Shown: positions 11,651 through 22,711 of the stretch, piece by piece
How positions within the stretch are numbered: the first letter of the stretch is position 1
How the letters are laid out: each line of letters begins with the position of its first letter
From: Marsupella aquatica
Taxonomy: Eukaryota; Plantae; Marchantiophyta
Direction: 5' to 3'
DNA length: 64,000 nt
Assembly (NCBI GenBank): GCA_973895155.1
Contig: OZ316892.1
Span: 9,714,283 to 9,778,282 of the forward strand
Notes under the pieces: generated by a model
Database searches by the model: none
The model's input: only the letters and a program-made list of their open reading frames with translations
What the model was told of the DNA's origin: nothing
Position numbers and translations under genes: made by a program

Positions 11651-12964
11651 ATATTTATTTATTTATTTAAAATTATTTCAAAAAAATTAGCTCCCTTGTT
11701 TTGGGTGCCCCATTGGCTCTCACATTGGCTCCCTCCTTTTGTGTGTCCCATTTGATCCTCTTATGTTTGGAATGCACTTATACTTTTTTGGTGCACATTA
11801 AATTTAATATAGCCTTTATTCCTTCTCTTTGACATGATTAATGTTCTTTGTACATTGCAAATTTGAATGACGACCACTTCATAAAAAGGTGCAACCTTGT
11901 ATTATAGTCTTTAATACCAGGCATCTTATGCTATCGGGTGGTGAACTGCCATTTACAATGTTGCAATAAATATATTCAGCTGGCCACTAACATTGAAACG
12001 AACTTGTAAATTGGGATAGAAAAGCTCCACAAACGATCTCAGCTTGTCGGCAATCATAAAGTAAGCAATTCCATAGTATTAACGTAGCAACTGAAAACCG
12101 AAACCCAAAATCCCAAGGCCCTTGACTTCCACTGTACACCAACCCATCTACCATAGAGGCTCAAAACGGACTTCAAGAAAAAGCCCAAATTCAGTCACAC
12201 CCCAAAACAAAGCAAGAGCGCAAAGGTTCGCCATTGAAATGCGAGGAACCTAAATTGGTGTTAAGACACTTGACACTACTAATTCAATAACTCGTCCGCT
12301 GAAACCGTCCTCACAAAAACATACGTCAGCAAAGGGAGCGAGCTGAAGGAGATTAGAGCTGCTGCTCAGCTTACCGGAGAAGGAGCAAGCTGAGGAGGAT
12401 TCAACTGTGCAAGAGGAGATGAAAGAGGACGTCAACCCCGCCCACGCGGTGGACAGGTGGTGATGCAAATGGCAGACATCACGCACGATCAACGACGAGA
12501 TCCAAGCCAAAAGAGAGTGTGAGTCGGCCCAGCTTCCCATCAATTCCACAACAGCACCAAACGGAAATTCACACGGATCAGTAACAGAGATTGATGAACA
12601 GAGAGAGTGTTGCAGAATGAAAGAACGAACAACGAATGAAACAGAGTACGTATTGACGATACAATTGGACATTGAAGAATTTCCTTCATTACAATTGGAC
12701 TTCAGCCCAATTGTGCAATGTGTAAAAATGGCTATGGAGCCCCATAATTGAAATCAGCAAACACTGACACAAGAGTGTGGACTGGAGAGTTGGGCACTGG
12801 CAAGGAAGGTGCAGGGAGGTGTGAGGGCGGCCACTGGGGTGTGAGGGCGGAGGGGAGGGGTGTGAGGGCAGAGTGGAGGCAAGGGGGGGCTTCAAGCAAA
12901 GTAAATTATGTACAGAACCACAATTACCAGTGTGTAAGGATTTCCGGAGGCCTATGTTATGCCA

Positions 12965-13148
12965 GTTTAGGTTGTCTGGGCTTCCATTCAGTTTTTGGTT
13001 CACTCTACCTTAAGACTTAAGTACTTTTCTATTCTATTCTATCTCATTAAAAGCAAGTTTAGGTTCTCTGGGCTTCCATTCAGTTTTTGGTTCACTCATA
13101 CATGATACATAAGTTCTTTTCTCAAGGATTGTATTTCATTAAAAGCAA
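12965..13148. repeat. ~91-bp tandem duplication
   Basis: GTTTAGGTT(G/C)TCTGGGCTTCCATTCAGTTTTTGGTTCACTC ... CATTAAAAGCAA occurs twice. Confidence 0.75.
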
Positions 13149-14714
13149 ACAGTCTAATTCTACAGTGTGCTGGCCCAAGGCTTAAGCCAGAGCAGTAGAC
13201 TCTGTCAATACACACAGTAAAATATGTTTTATCAGTTTGACAACCTGAACGTAAAGCTAAGGCAGGCCACTTATCCCCTTTATGGAATATTTAGTCTTTT
13301 GTATATGGTGTCCCCGCATACACACAGATCGATCGCATAAGGCCAACTATAATCTACATCTATTCCCGGGAGTAGTGAGGGCTGTCCATACCAAAAATTC
13401 ACTTTTGGTCAATCAATTTTTTGTGATTGGTTAGATGAAAAGGTTGTTCAAAAGACATGACTGTTCATCTATGAATATAATCTCCAAGTGAATACAGATA
13501 CATTAACGTCACTATATCCAAAGATATATTGCGATCAACTCAATCTAGACAGAAATGTTAAACTTTTTCCACTATCAGTTCTATCTATTCATAAAGAATT
13601 GATTCTGAGTTGTTACTATTTTAAATCTTCAAGTCAAGCAGAAAACTTACCAATACAATCTTTAGTAGAAAGATTGAAAAATACATGTGTTCTTCAAAGC
13701 AAAAAAAATTCATCCATAGAAAATCCTATATCATTGCACTTGACACCAGGCCAATAACTTTAGATGATCAACCAACATTTTGCCGTGTGCCCTATACAAT
13801 TATATATAATTTATTATTCATTCAATTAAGTTTTATGAAAAATGATAAATAAATAACATGCTACTCATTTAATTCAATCGTTATGTCTATTTCACTTCAA
13901 TCTATAAATCAATTATTTACTATAAAATAGTCCACAATGAGGGCCTTCTCTTCACAACCACTAAAATAATACTGAATCCTACTCATTTTAGTCCTTCATC
14001 CCGTTATAAAATGCATTTTGGGTGGGAATGAATGACAGTGGTTAGAATGATCATTTGGGTGATTTTTTGCAACTGTTTGATTATAATTCCATGGCCAAGG
14101 TACACATAAACAAATAATAACATTACAATAGATTTACTTGAGAACAAGAACAATTGTACTTGAGAGTACAATTATAATTGTACTAGATTATACTTTTAAC
14201 TCTCCCATGGGGATTACAACTCTACAAGGATGTAGTGATTATATTATACTCTCATAAAAATATAAAGATAAAGCACTGTTCAAAGATCATAAAAATACAA
14301 AGATAAAACACTATTCAAAGATCAAGGAGAAGGTAACTAGAAATTGACATGGAGGGGAAAAAGAGGGAGGGCCAGATGAAGGGAAAAAAAGAACAAAATT
14401 GAGGAAGAGGAGAATGAAAAAGGTAGAAAAAAATAGAAAAGGGGATAAAGTGAGATAATTTTGTATTTATTGCCCCCCATTTAAAAAAATTAATCATGTA
14501 TATATTTTGGTATTAAAAATGTTAATAATTTTAATTTTAATAAAAATTGCATCATTTTTTGGGTGATCATGCTTTGTGATGTAATGACCACTGTCATCCA
14601 TCTTGCATCTCTATGTTATCACCTTCATCCTCCTCAACAATCACACGTTCATAATAATGACCAAAATGACAACATTTTTGTAATAATGACAAACACTATC
14701 AAATAATGACAATG

Positions 14715-15008
14715 TATTGTTTTTTCTCACCTTGTCATCTTTTATCTCTTCAATATCTTTTTTTCAATTTGATTTCTTTCCTTCACATTGACATCTTTTT
14801 CTCTCATGGACAACTTTTTTCAAACCAACATCTTTTCTTAGTCTTAAAATCCTTTTCTCTCATCAATAATTTTTTCACACCAACGTTTTTCTTCACCTCA
14901 ACATCTTTTTTTTTCATTGATAACTTTTTTCATATGGAGATTTTTTTTTCATCTTGACATCTTTTCTCACCTCAAGATCTTTTGTCCAACGCATAGGCAT
15001 TGGGCTAC
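14715..15008 (+). mobile_element. Helitron family remnant (copy 3, opposite orientation), 3' part
   Basis: Reverse complement of the ~19-bp satellite, followed by TTTTGTCCAACGCATAGGCATTGGGCTAC, which aligns to the copy-1 3' terminus TTTTGTGCAACACACGGGTATTGAGCTAG. The 5' end was not located. Confidence 0.6.
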
Positions 15009-15784
15009 AGTAGTATCCCATAAAGGAAGTCAACAACAACCGACCTTAACTTTATACATAGTCTTATTAAAGTCTTTATTCTAAAGTGTATTTATATACC
15101 ATGAGGACTGCATGGGCTGGGGTTCTAGATTGAACCTTGTTCCCAGAAAAATTTCCCAGTTACTATCTTTCAGCTTTACTTCACTTTCTGGTCATACGAT
15201 TACAACCTAGAAACCTACAACCTAGAAACCAGGTTTCTAGGTGCCCAAACCTTCTTTATCCTATTTGACACACACGAGCAGAACAGGTTTCGAGGTGTGA
15301 GGAAGTCAAAGTGGAGCTGGAGGCATTTTGGGGATTGGCTAGGTGCCGTAGGTGCACAACGTCCAAGGAGTCCTATCTCTTAAGTGTCCAGGGACCCACC
15401 TTGTGTGGTGTCCCTCCTTCAGGCTTTTTATTTTCTTGAAAGGACTTTAGGGTCCAGAGTAGCTGCCCAGAGTAGCTGCCGTTTTTTTGGAGAAAAGCAT
15501 GTCCAACGGTGCCGGCTTCCGTAAATTTTTGCAGGAAGCCGCCAACTTTTTTGTCTGCATGCCACTACTTTCTGGCAGGAAGGCGGTCGCCATTCCAAGC
15601 CCTTCCTCCAGCCCCCAAATGACTCCATGGCAGGAAAGTATCCACGCGGCACTCACGATGTGAAGGAGTACTCGCGCCCAGAATTGTCTCTAGATTTCCT
15701 GCGTCGACTTTCCATGAACAGTGATTCTCATGGGCCATGGGGAGTTGTGCAAATCTTTGTTCCTCATCCCAATCAGCCTCCTCC

Positions 15785-15968
15785 TCCTCATCCAATTCTT
15801 CCTGGAGATCCTAGCCAGCCCATGTCGTTGACAGGTCCAACAAACTTTGACTCTTTAGGTTCAATTCCTGGCAGGTCCAGGCTGTTGTAAGGTCCAACAA
15901 CCTTTTAATATTCTCTAGATTCAATTCCTAGCCGGTCCATGATGTTGAATGGTCCAACAAACTTTACT
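15785..15968. repeat. ~60-bp degenerate tandem repeat (x3)
   Basis: Recurrent GGTCCAACAA ... TTCAATTCCT(G/A)GC..GTCCA units. Confidence 0.6.
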
Positions 15969-16257
15969 TCTCGAGTGATGGAGATGACGAAGAATATTAC
16001 ATTTCCCAAGTTTGGAAATTGTGGTGGAGACTCGCGAGGTTGGAGTTAAGTGGTGGGGAGGATCTACTTGCTTTGGAATTCATGGTCTGATGGGCGTTCA
16101 CTAGCTCCGGCTTTCCTGACGTGAGTTAATCTCGCTCTTGGGGCTTTTTTGACTGATTTCTCTCGTTGTATATTGTTGGCAGTCTTTCAGTGAATTCATT
16201 TCGTGGTCTCGTATGGATTCAGATCAACTCGCCTATGCCTGATTTCTTACGGGTCCA

Positions 16258-18623
16258 ATGGAAGAGCTTCGAGGATGGGCTGTGGCCTTCGTTCCAGCTG
16301 GGGCAACAGTAGTGGCTGTGCTACTGGTGGTCTTGCTCACTGCATCAAGAGCTTCACGCGGGGCTTCACGTAGAGCACGGCACCGGCTCCCACCCGGCCC
16401 TCGAGGATGGCCCATTCTCGGAAGTCTGCCATCGCTGGGGACGCTGCCGCACCAATCTCTCTACGACCTAGCGAAGAAGTATGGTCCTCTGATGTACCTG
16501 CACCTCGGCTCCGTTCCAACTGTGGTGGTCACTTCCCCCAAGATGGCAGAAGCTATCCTGAAAACAAATGACCTGATTATGGCTTCTCGACCTTTTCAGA
16601 TAGTAGGCCAAATGCTTTCTTACGAAGCACGTGACATTCTAATGTCACCTTACGGACACCATTGGCGATACTTACGTAAAGTTTGCATGAGTGGACTCCT
16701 CACGCCTTACCGCATGCGGCAGTTCCAGGTATGAACACCGAACTCTCTACTGGAGCATAGTCACGATGACAGAAATAAAGTACCGTTAGTCCTTCAAATC
16801 AATCAACGGTGACACTAAGGTGAATTCGTCGCTTAACTAAGGTGAATTCGTCGCTTAGGCTCTAGAGATGTGTCCGTTTATTAGAGCAGACAGTGCCTCA
16901 AGCATACAGAAGAATTAACAATTAACTGAAAGAATAATGAATGGGACCCAAATGAGCCTTCATGCTTATTTACAGGAAACTAGTTTTTGTATGGTTTTCT
17001 TTCAATCTGTACAATGAAGATTTTTCTTCGAGCTCGATCAGAGAAAATACGCAATAAGTGTTTAGATTTGTTATTACGACTCATTTTATCATCCATATGT
17101 GCAGAAAGTTAGACGACGAGAAGTTTTGGACTGCCTACATTTTATACTGGAAGAGTCAGAGCGAGGGAACGCTGTATGCATCATCGACTGCTTATCAGCC
17201 CTCGGTGTAAACAACATGACACAGATGATGGTGAACAAAAGTTACTGTGTGCAAAAGTCAGGCTCAAACTTAAAGCCAGCTGTTCGTACAATATCGAAGT
17301 CGTTCCAGGAGATTTACCAGGAGATGTTTGAGTTAACAGGTGGATTCAATATCGCTGACTATGTCCCTCTGCTGAAGCCATTGGACCCACAGGGTTACCA
17401 CAAGAGAGCGAAGGACGTGCTTCGGAGGATGGATGGTTTTTGGGAAATGATTATCGAGGAGCATCGTCAAAGGCTTTTGGCGGGGACACCAGAAAACTAC
17501 ACTGAAGATTTCGTCGATGTGCTTCTTGGATTAGGGCACACAAAGGACTTCCAAGAAAGTCTATCGGTGGAGAGTATCAAAGGACTTATGGGGGTAATAA
17601 TGTCGTCCTGCGAAAGAACACTCAGACATTCGTTTTTTTTTCCCACACTCCTCCGACCTGTATTTTGACATATATATACACTTGCACAGATTTTCAAAAG
17701 CTTGTAGGAAGTAGTGATCCACGATTACCAACATTTCAACCAATGGCTTAATTATGAGATTTTGAAATGGACAGGATCTCCTCCTACACTGCCCACGGAA
17801 ACATTTGAGTATGTACTGTATCATATTGGAAGCATATATAATGCATTTTCAAGTGATGTCGATGTGCTGTTTAGTTGATTGACTAGTGCGATGCTATTGT
17901 TTTCGAATGAATTCATTTGTGTATAGTTGTGTAACTCTTCATTGCAACTCACTATTCTTAATGTGTGTACCATTGCAGGACTTACTTGCCGGTGCTGCTG
18001 ATACCACTGCCGTCACCGCCCAGTGGATGCTCACGGAAATGATGAGACAGCCGCAAGTAATGAGGAGAGCTCAAGAGGAGCTGGACTCGGTGGTTGGGCC
18101 ACACCGGTTAGTGCAAGAAGAAGATCTTCCAGAGCTAAAGTATCTCAGTGCTGTGATCAAGGAGACTCTGCGGCTGCACCCAGCTGGTCCCTTGATGGCA
18201 CCTCATGAGTCAACTCACGACTGTGAAATTGAAGGGTTTCACATCCCAGCGAGGACTCGAGTCTTTGTAAACGTGTGGGCGATTCACAGAGATCCAGCTT
18301 TCTGGGACAGGCCTCTGGTTTTCGACCCGGATAGATTTCTGAACAGCAATTTAGATTTCAAGGGGCAGAGTTTTCACTTTTTCCCGTTTGGGTCCGGAAG
18401 AAGAATATGCCCAGGATCGAGCTACGGCGTACTTGCGGTCACGAATGTTATGGCTGTGCTGCTCCATGCCCTGGATTGGGCTCCGTCCAATGGTCAGGAA
18501 CCGCAGGAACTGGACACAGCCGAAAAGTTCGGTTTGGTCTTGTACAAAAAGGTCCCGTTAGCAGTCTTTGGGAAAGCACGCTTGCCAGCTCATGTCATCT
18601 ACCCTGCCCAAGAATTGCAATAA
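16258..18623 (+). CDS. Cytochrome P450, CYP71 clan (A-type); exons 16258-16728, 17105-17593, 17979-18623
   Basis: N-terminal membrane anchor plus LPPGPRGWP hinge, I-helix AGAADT, ETLR, PDRF and haem motif FGSGRRICPG. Two phase-0 GT-AG introns, one just before the I-helix as usual for A-type P450s. Confidence 0.93.
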
Positions 18624-20759
18624 GAAACGCCATTATGAACATTTTATTCTCAAGGTAAAAGCTCCGTCTGGTGCTACTTTCATTTCTCCAGATACTTTTC
18701 ATTTAAGAGAAACAAATCCGACTATACACAGCAGATCAGAGAGCTATGTCAGTAGTGTACTAAACTTGAGGATGAAGGCAGATCGAAGGATGATTGCTTC
18801 AGTACTGTCGATGTTTCTGAGGAGACTGGCAATCCGTCAACTGATTGCGTGAAGTTCTCGCACACGAGGCCAGAGAAGTGGGTCTCTGCGAAGTCTTGGA
18901 TGCATGTGAAGAGGAGGCTCTTGGTAGAGATTTTGAATCAATACTCACAGTATAAAGATCAATTTACTCTTAGAAGGTTTTTCTCAATCGGAAGAAAGTA
19001 AGGTCATCCATTTCAAAATATTGAACTTAAAAAACTTGTAATCTTGACTGAAAGTCTCAGGCAAGCAAGACCTAAAACTATCTTTAGGATGTTAAATGGA
19101 AGATAGATTAACTGTGGTAAAACAACACTCAAATTTGCCCCCAAGGTGCCACCCTAGGCTTTTGTCCTAAACTGTCTTAGTATCTGTTCATGTACTTTGG
19201 TAGTGTGATCTTCCCCAACAGAATAAACAAGAGACCTATCCACCAATGTTGAGCTTTCTTTTTAGACAACTAAGTAGCTGCCATGTTTGAGCACAAGTGA
19301 GAACAATTGCATTCTTGTCATCTACACTATAATGTATAATCCTCACTCACTGCCAAAACTCCTCCATAATTGCCTCTTTACTAATAGATTGTGAGCAAGA
19401 AGCAATCCTGGGCATTAGATGATGAGTTTTTTTTCATCAGTGGATTTCCCCGAGGCCCCTGCTAAAGCCTGCTCATGCAGTCTGCCTTGCCTCATGCCAG
19501 TGTAGGGAGGGTGAGGAGAGGAAGGGGAGAGGGGGGAAAGAAAAGAAACTGCCTCATTCCTCATTGTTGCCTCCATTTGCCCACCCACCAACCCACCCTC
19601 ACATCCCTCCCTGGCTTGCCCTCCCGACAAAAGAGCAGCAGCAATGTATGATTGGTTCCATAGCTCAACCAGGCGTGTGATGCTGCTTACTAGCTAGGTT
19701 TTGCTTTGAATGTATAACACTTTTGCACCAAAAACACCCTCAATGACACTTCCTTGCTTTCCTCAATGATTTCCCTTTGAAGACGTGTATCAATGATGCG
19801 CAAGATGTTGTGACAACTTCCTTACTGCACCTGAACTTCTTCAATTGCCACCTTGTCATTTTCTGTGCAACAAGTGAGCATTGGGCATGTAAACTATAAT
19901 TAATACAAATTTGCCTGGCCCTTTATTGTTAGAGCTACCCCCAATTAGGTCCTGATCTCCACTAGCCTTTTGGTACACTTTGGCCAGTTTTTAGCTCTTA
20001 TTTGCTCCAGGACCTCTACAACTGAAAAAGTTAGAAATTCTGGTCTGAAAACTGCAAGATATTTTCCTTGAGAAGGGAGTATTGGCCAGGTCTGATGGAT
20101 TGGTTCAGATTAAATCAAGAAATAACTGTAGTCAATATAATGTGCCAATATATATACTTGACAGAAGATACTGTCTTCATTCCAGGAGAGAAGTAAGGGA
20201 CTTACCAAAATCATCTTATCATAAGAGCACAAAACTAATTCAAGGTTTACGGTTTAGATTGAAGCCCTTATATAATTTGGAAAAACACTGGGAGATCAGG
20301 ATATTGGCCAAGATTGGAAACACCGTACTATAATGAAAGGATGGCTCTTACATAAGGTACCAATGAATATGAACCAGGTACCACCTAGCAATCTTCCTGG
20401 CCGGGATGAACTCAGGGTGCCACTGGTCCAACAGGCTAAGAAGAGCTAAGGGTGGATTTACAAGACATTGGGCCTGTTTTAGTTGTCCGAGATTAAATCT
20501 GGACCATCTAATGAGTGGAGTCGGCTGCAGTTAGTGTCTGAAGAACTTGTCTGAGTAAGTTTTGGAAAGGAATAAAATAATATTAACATGTATGAAATGA
20601 AGGTCTTGCAGTAGACACTGTACAGAAAGGAGGAGTTAAAATGGGAGACTTTGACAGGTTGCATAATTCTCTCCTCAAAGAAAGGTTTGTATTAGAGTTG
20701 TATGCAAATCAACTGGATGGAAAGAGGGATGACAGCCCAAAAATTGATTATCCTTATAA

Positions 20760-21342
20760 TTAGTTCGTGGACCCCTTGACTAATTGATAGCCTAGTTATC
20801 ACAAACAGTTTTCAAAATCAGGCCTTTTCGGTACATGCTACCAAATTCTCAAGCTACGAGAATCAAAATTCAATTTGTGACATTTGTAATTAGATGAATG
20901 TCTAATCAAATGAATTGTTTCAGTTCGTTGAGTGTTCAAGTTTGGACCATGGTTAGCAGTTTATCTTAACTGCAAAGGGCCAAAAATCTTACTCCAGGTG
21001 CCAATTACCCTTTGACAAGGAAGTTATCAAGTTAGTTATTAGTCATTATTTATTATATGAAAAACATTTTTTATAAATCTTTGAATTTAAGTTTTAAAAT
21101 TGGAAATATAACTAAAACGGTTACATAGTGACAGTTTTAACTGTCTTGCTATTTACATTTCTAATTTTTACTCTTTTTTTATGGCATGGCATCCCAAAAT
21201 TTACACTCAAATTGACACAAACACGAATGAAAATTATAAGTTTGATTCACAAAACTGATGAGTCTTGTTTGTTGCCATTGTTGTTGACGTGGCACAATGT
21301 GGTGCCAGGAATTTTGGAAAGGACCTCTAGTGGGGTCCGTAA
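20760..21342. mobile_element. Short (~580 bp) copy of the unclassified element at 8558-10409
   Basis: Left TTAGTTCGTGGACCCCTTG, right GGACCTCTAGTGGGGTCCGTAA; 21175-21342 aligns by eye with 10243-10409. Confidence 0.55.
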
Positions 21343-21718
21343 TCAACCCTCATATAGTAAGTCAGGAAACTGAGGACGAGTTAACAAAGAGCTCTATAAT
21401 GGCATGAAGCAGCTCTCTTGATCAGGAAGTTGTCTTGTTGGGAACTCTTGGTGACTTAGGGATAAGGGCCTCCAGAGGACTTCTTGCAGTTTGAGCCACA
21501 AGTAGTTGAAGCTGATTTCAGATGTTAACTCATCATGAATCCAAGTGAAATAAACGATCAATTTCTCCCAGGATTGACCACTTTGCAAGTTAAAAAAAAA
21601 ACTTGTTGACCCACCCACGACTAACTGCTGTATGGGTATTGTAGAAATCGAATGCTCTCAGAAAATACAAAACCAAAACTGGCGAAAGTCTGGGGTGAAA
21701 AAGAGTTGCAGAACCAAT

Positions 21719-21785
21719 TGGCTTAGGTCAGTTGGCCAGGGGATTAGCCTGGAACTGAAAGGTCCTAGGTTCGATGGTCCCTCCA
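21719..21785 (+). mobile_element. tRNA-derived head, possible SINE or tRNA pseudogene
   Basis: TAGGTCAGTTGG (A-box-like) and GGTCCTAGGTTCGATGGTCC (B-box-like) at tRNA-like spacing; no complete cloverleaf. Confidence 0.35.
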
Positions 21786-22711
21786 CACACTCAGTTGTGG
21801 AAGGTATATGTGTATGGGTGGGATGGCTTTTGTGAGTAGTGGATGGGAGTTCTGATTATGTATTGGCCCCTGGTTTGTCCACTTTGTGGCCCAGCTTTAA
21901 TCTTCTAGTGCCAGGTCTTCTGGGATAAGAGAAATAGTTCCCTACAATGAATGTATGTCATTATTATGCACTTTGAGAGTCTACTAAGTGTCCTCTCTCA
22001 TTTAAATTCAACCCAAAACGAAGTTGCAGGTGCCCCAACTTCTTGTAAAGTCACCCTAAGCTTCACCTACAATGAAGCTCGGTGAAGCTTACCTCACCTC
22101 TGTGCTCCATGATTTCTTCCAACTTTCCATTCAACTCTGTATCTACTTGGTTGGATGTGCATTCTCATCCTTCCCTTCCCTTCCCTTCCCTTCCCTTCGT
22201 TTGTGCCTATGAAATCTCCACCTTCCAAAATGAATTAAAACCTGGTTTCCATGTAGCTTTGCAGACTTGCCATCTCGATGCTGAGCTAAAGATCGATTAT
22301 AATGCCGAAAGCTTTTGGAGGAAAGAGGAAAGAACCTGGAATCGAAGCTGTTCGCAAACAATTTCGTTTCTAGCTTTCCAGATTTGCCAGTCAGAAAATA
22401 CTGACCTAAGATCGATGTGCCAAAACATTCTGAGGAAGGAGCAGGTAATCACGCTGTTCACGAACAATTTCGTTTCTAGTTTTCCAGACTTGAAGACAGT
22501 CTCAAAGATCGATATGCCAAAACATTTCTAGAGGAAAGAGCATGCAATCGAGCCCTCTTCACCAAGAATTTCGTAGCGGAAACGAGGAGGACGAAGGGGA
22601 AGAGATGAAATGGCTGCAGACGTCTGTAGCAATGGAGGTGTAGTTTAGTGGCGTGGCGGACGAAGAGGTTGAGGAGGTGGGAGGGAGCAAGGGGAGTGAG
22701 AGAAGGGAAAA

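Larger units (their letters stand above)
8452..11907 (-). mobile_element. Non-autonomous Helitron (copy 2), composite, inserted in the rpl34 pseudogene intron
   Basis: Minus-strand 3' end GTGCAAGGCAC hairpin-CGGTAGTGAA-CTAG|T. 5' end CTATAATACAAGGTTGCACCTTTTTATGAAGTGGTCG matches copy 1 (the leading T is missing). Flanks rejoin to the parental rpl34 intron. Same satellite arrays at 8490-8557 and 10410-11650. Confidence 0.8.
8242..12470 (-). pseudogene. Decayed duplicate of plastid rpl34, split by a Helitron
   Basis: 8290-8445 matches exon 2 and the intron end of the 35.7-37.1 kb gene (GCTKRSRSPKSVAR). It is fused to downstream-like sequence at 8242-8289 (matches 35583-35630), so the L34 core is deleted. 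11918-12085 matches intron 35991-36165, and 12170-12460 matches intron/exon 1 at 36745-37030. Confidence 0.85.

Noticed and set aside
19100-20700. Probable old TE debris (also 27300-28800 and 34000-35150)
   Set aside because: No termini, TSDs or coding motifs that I can support.
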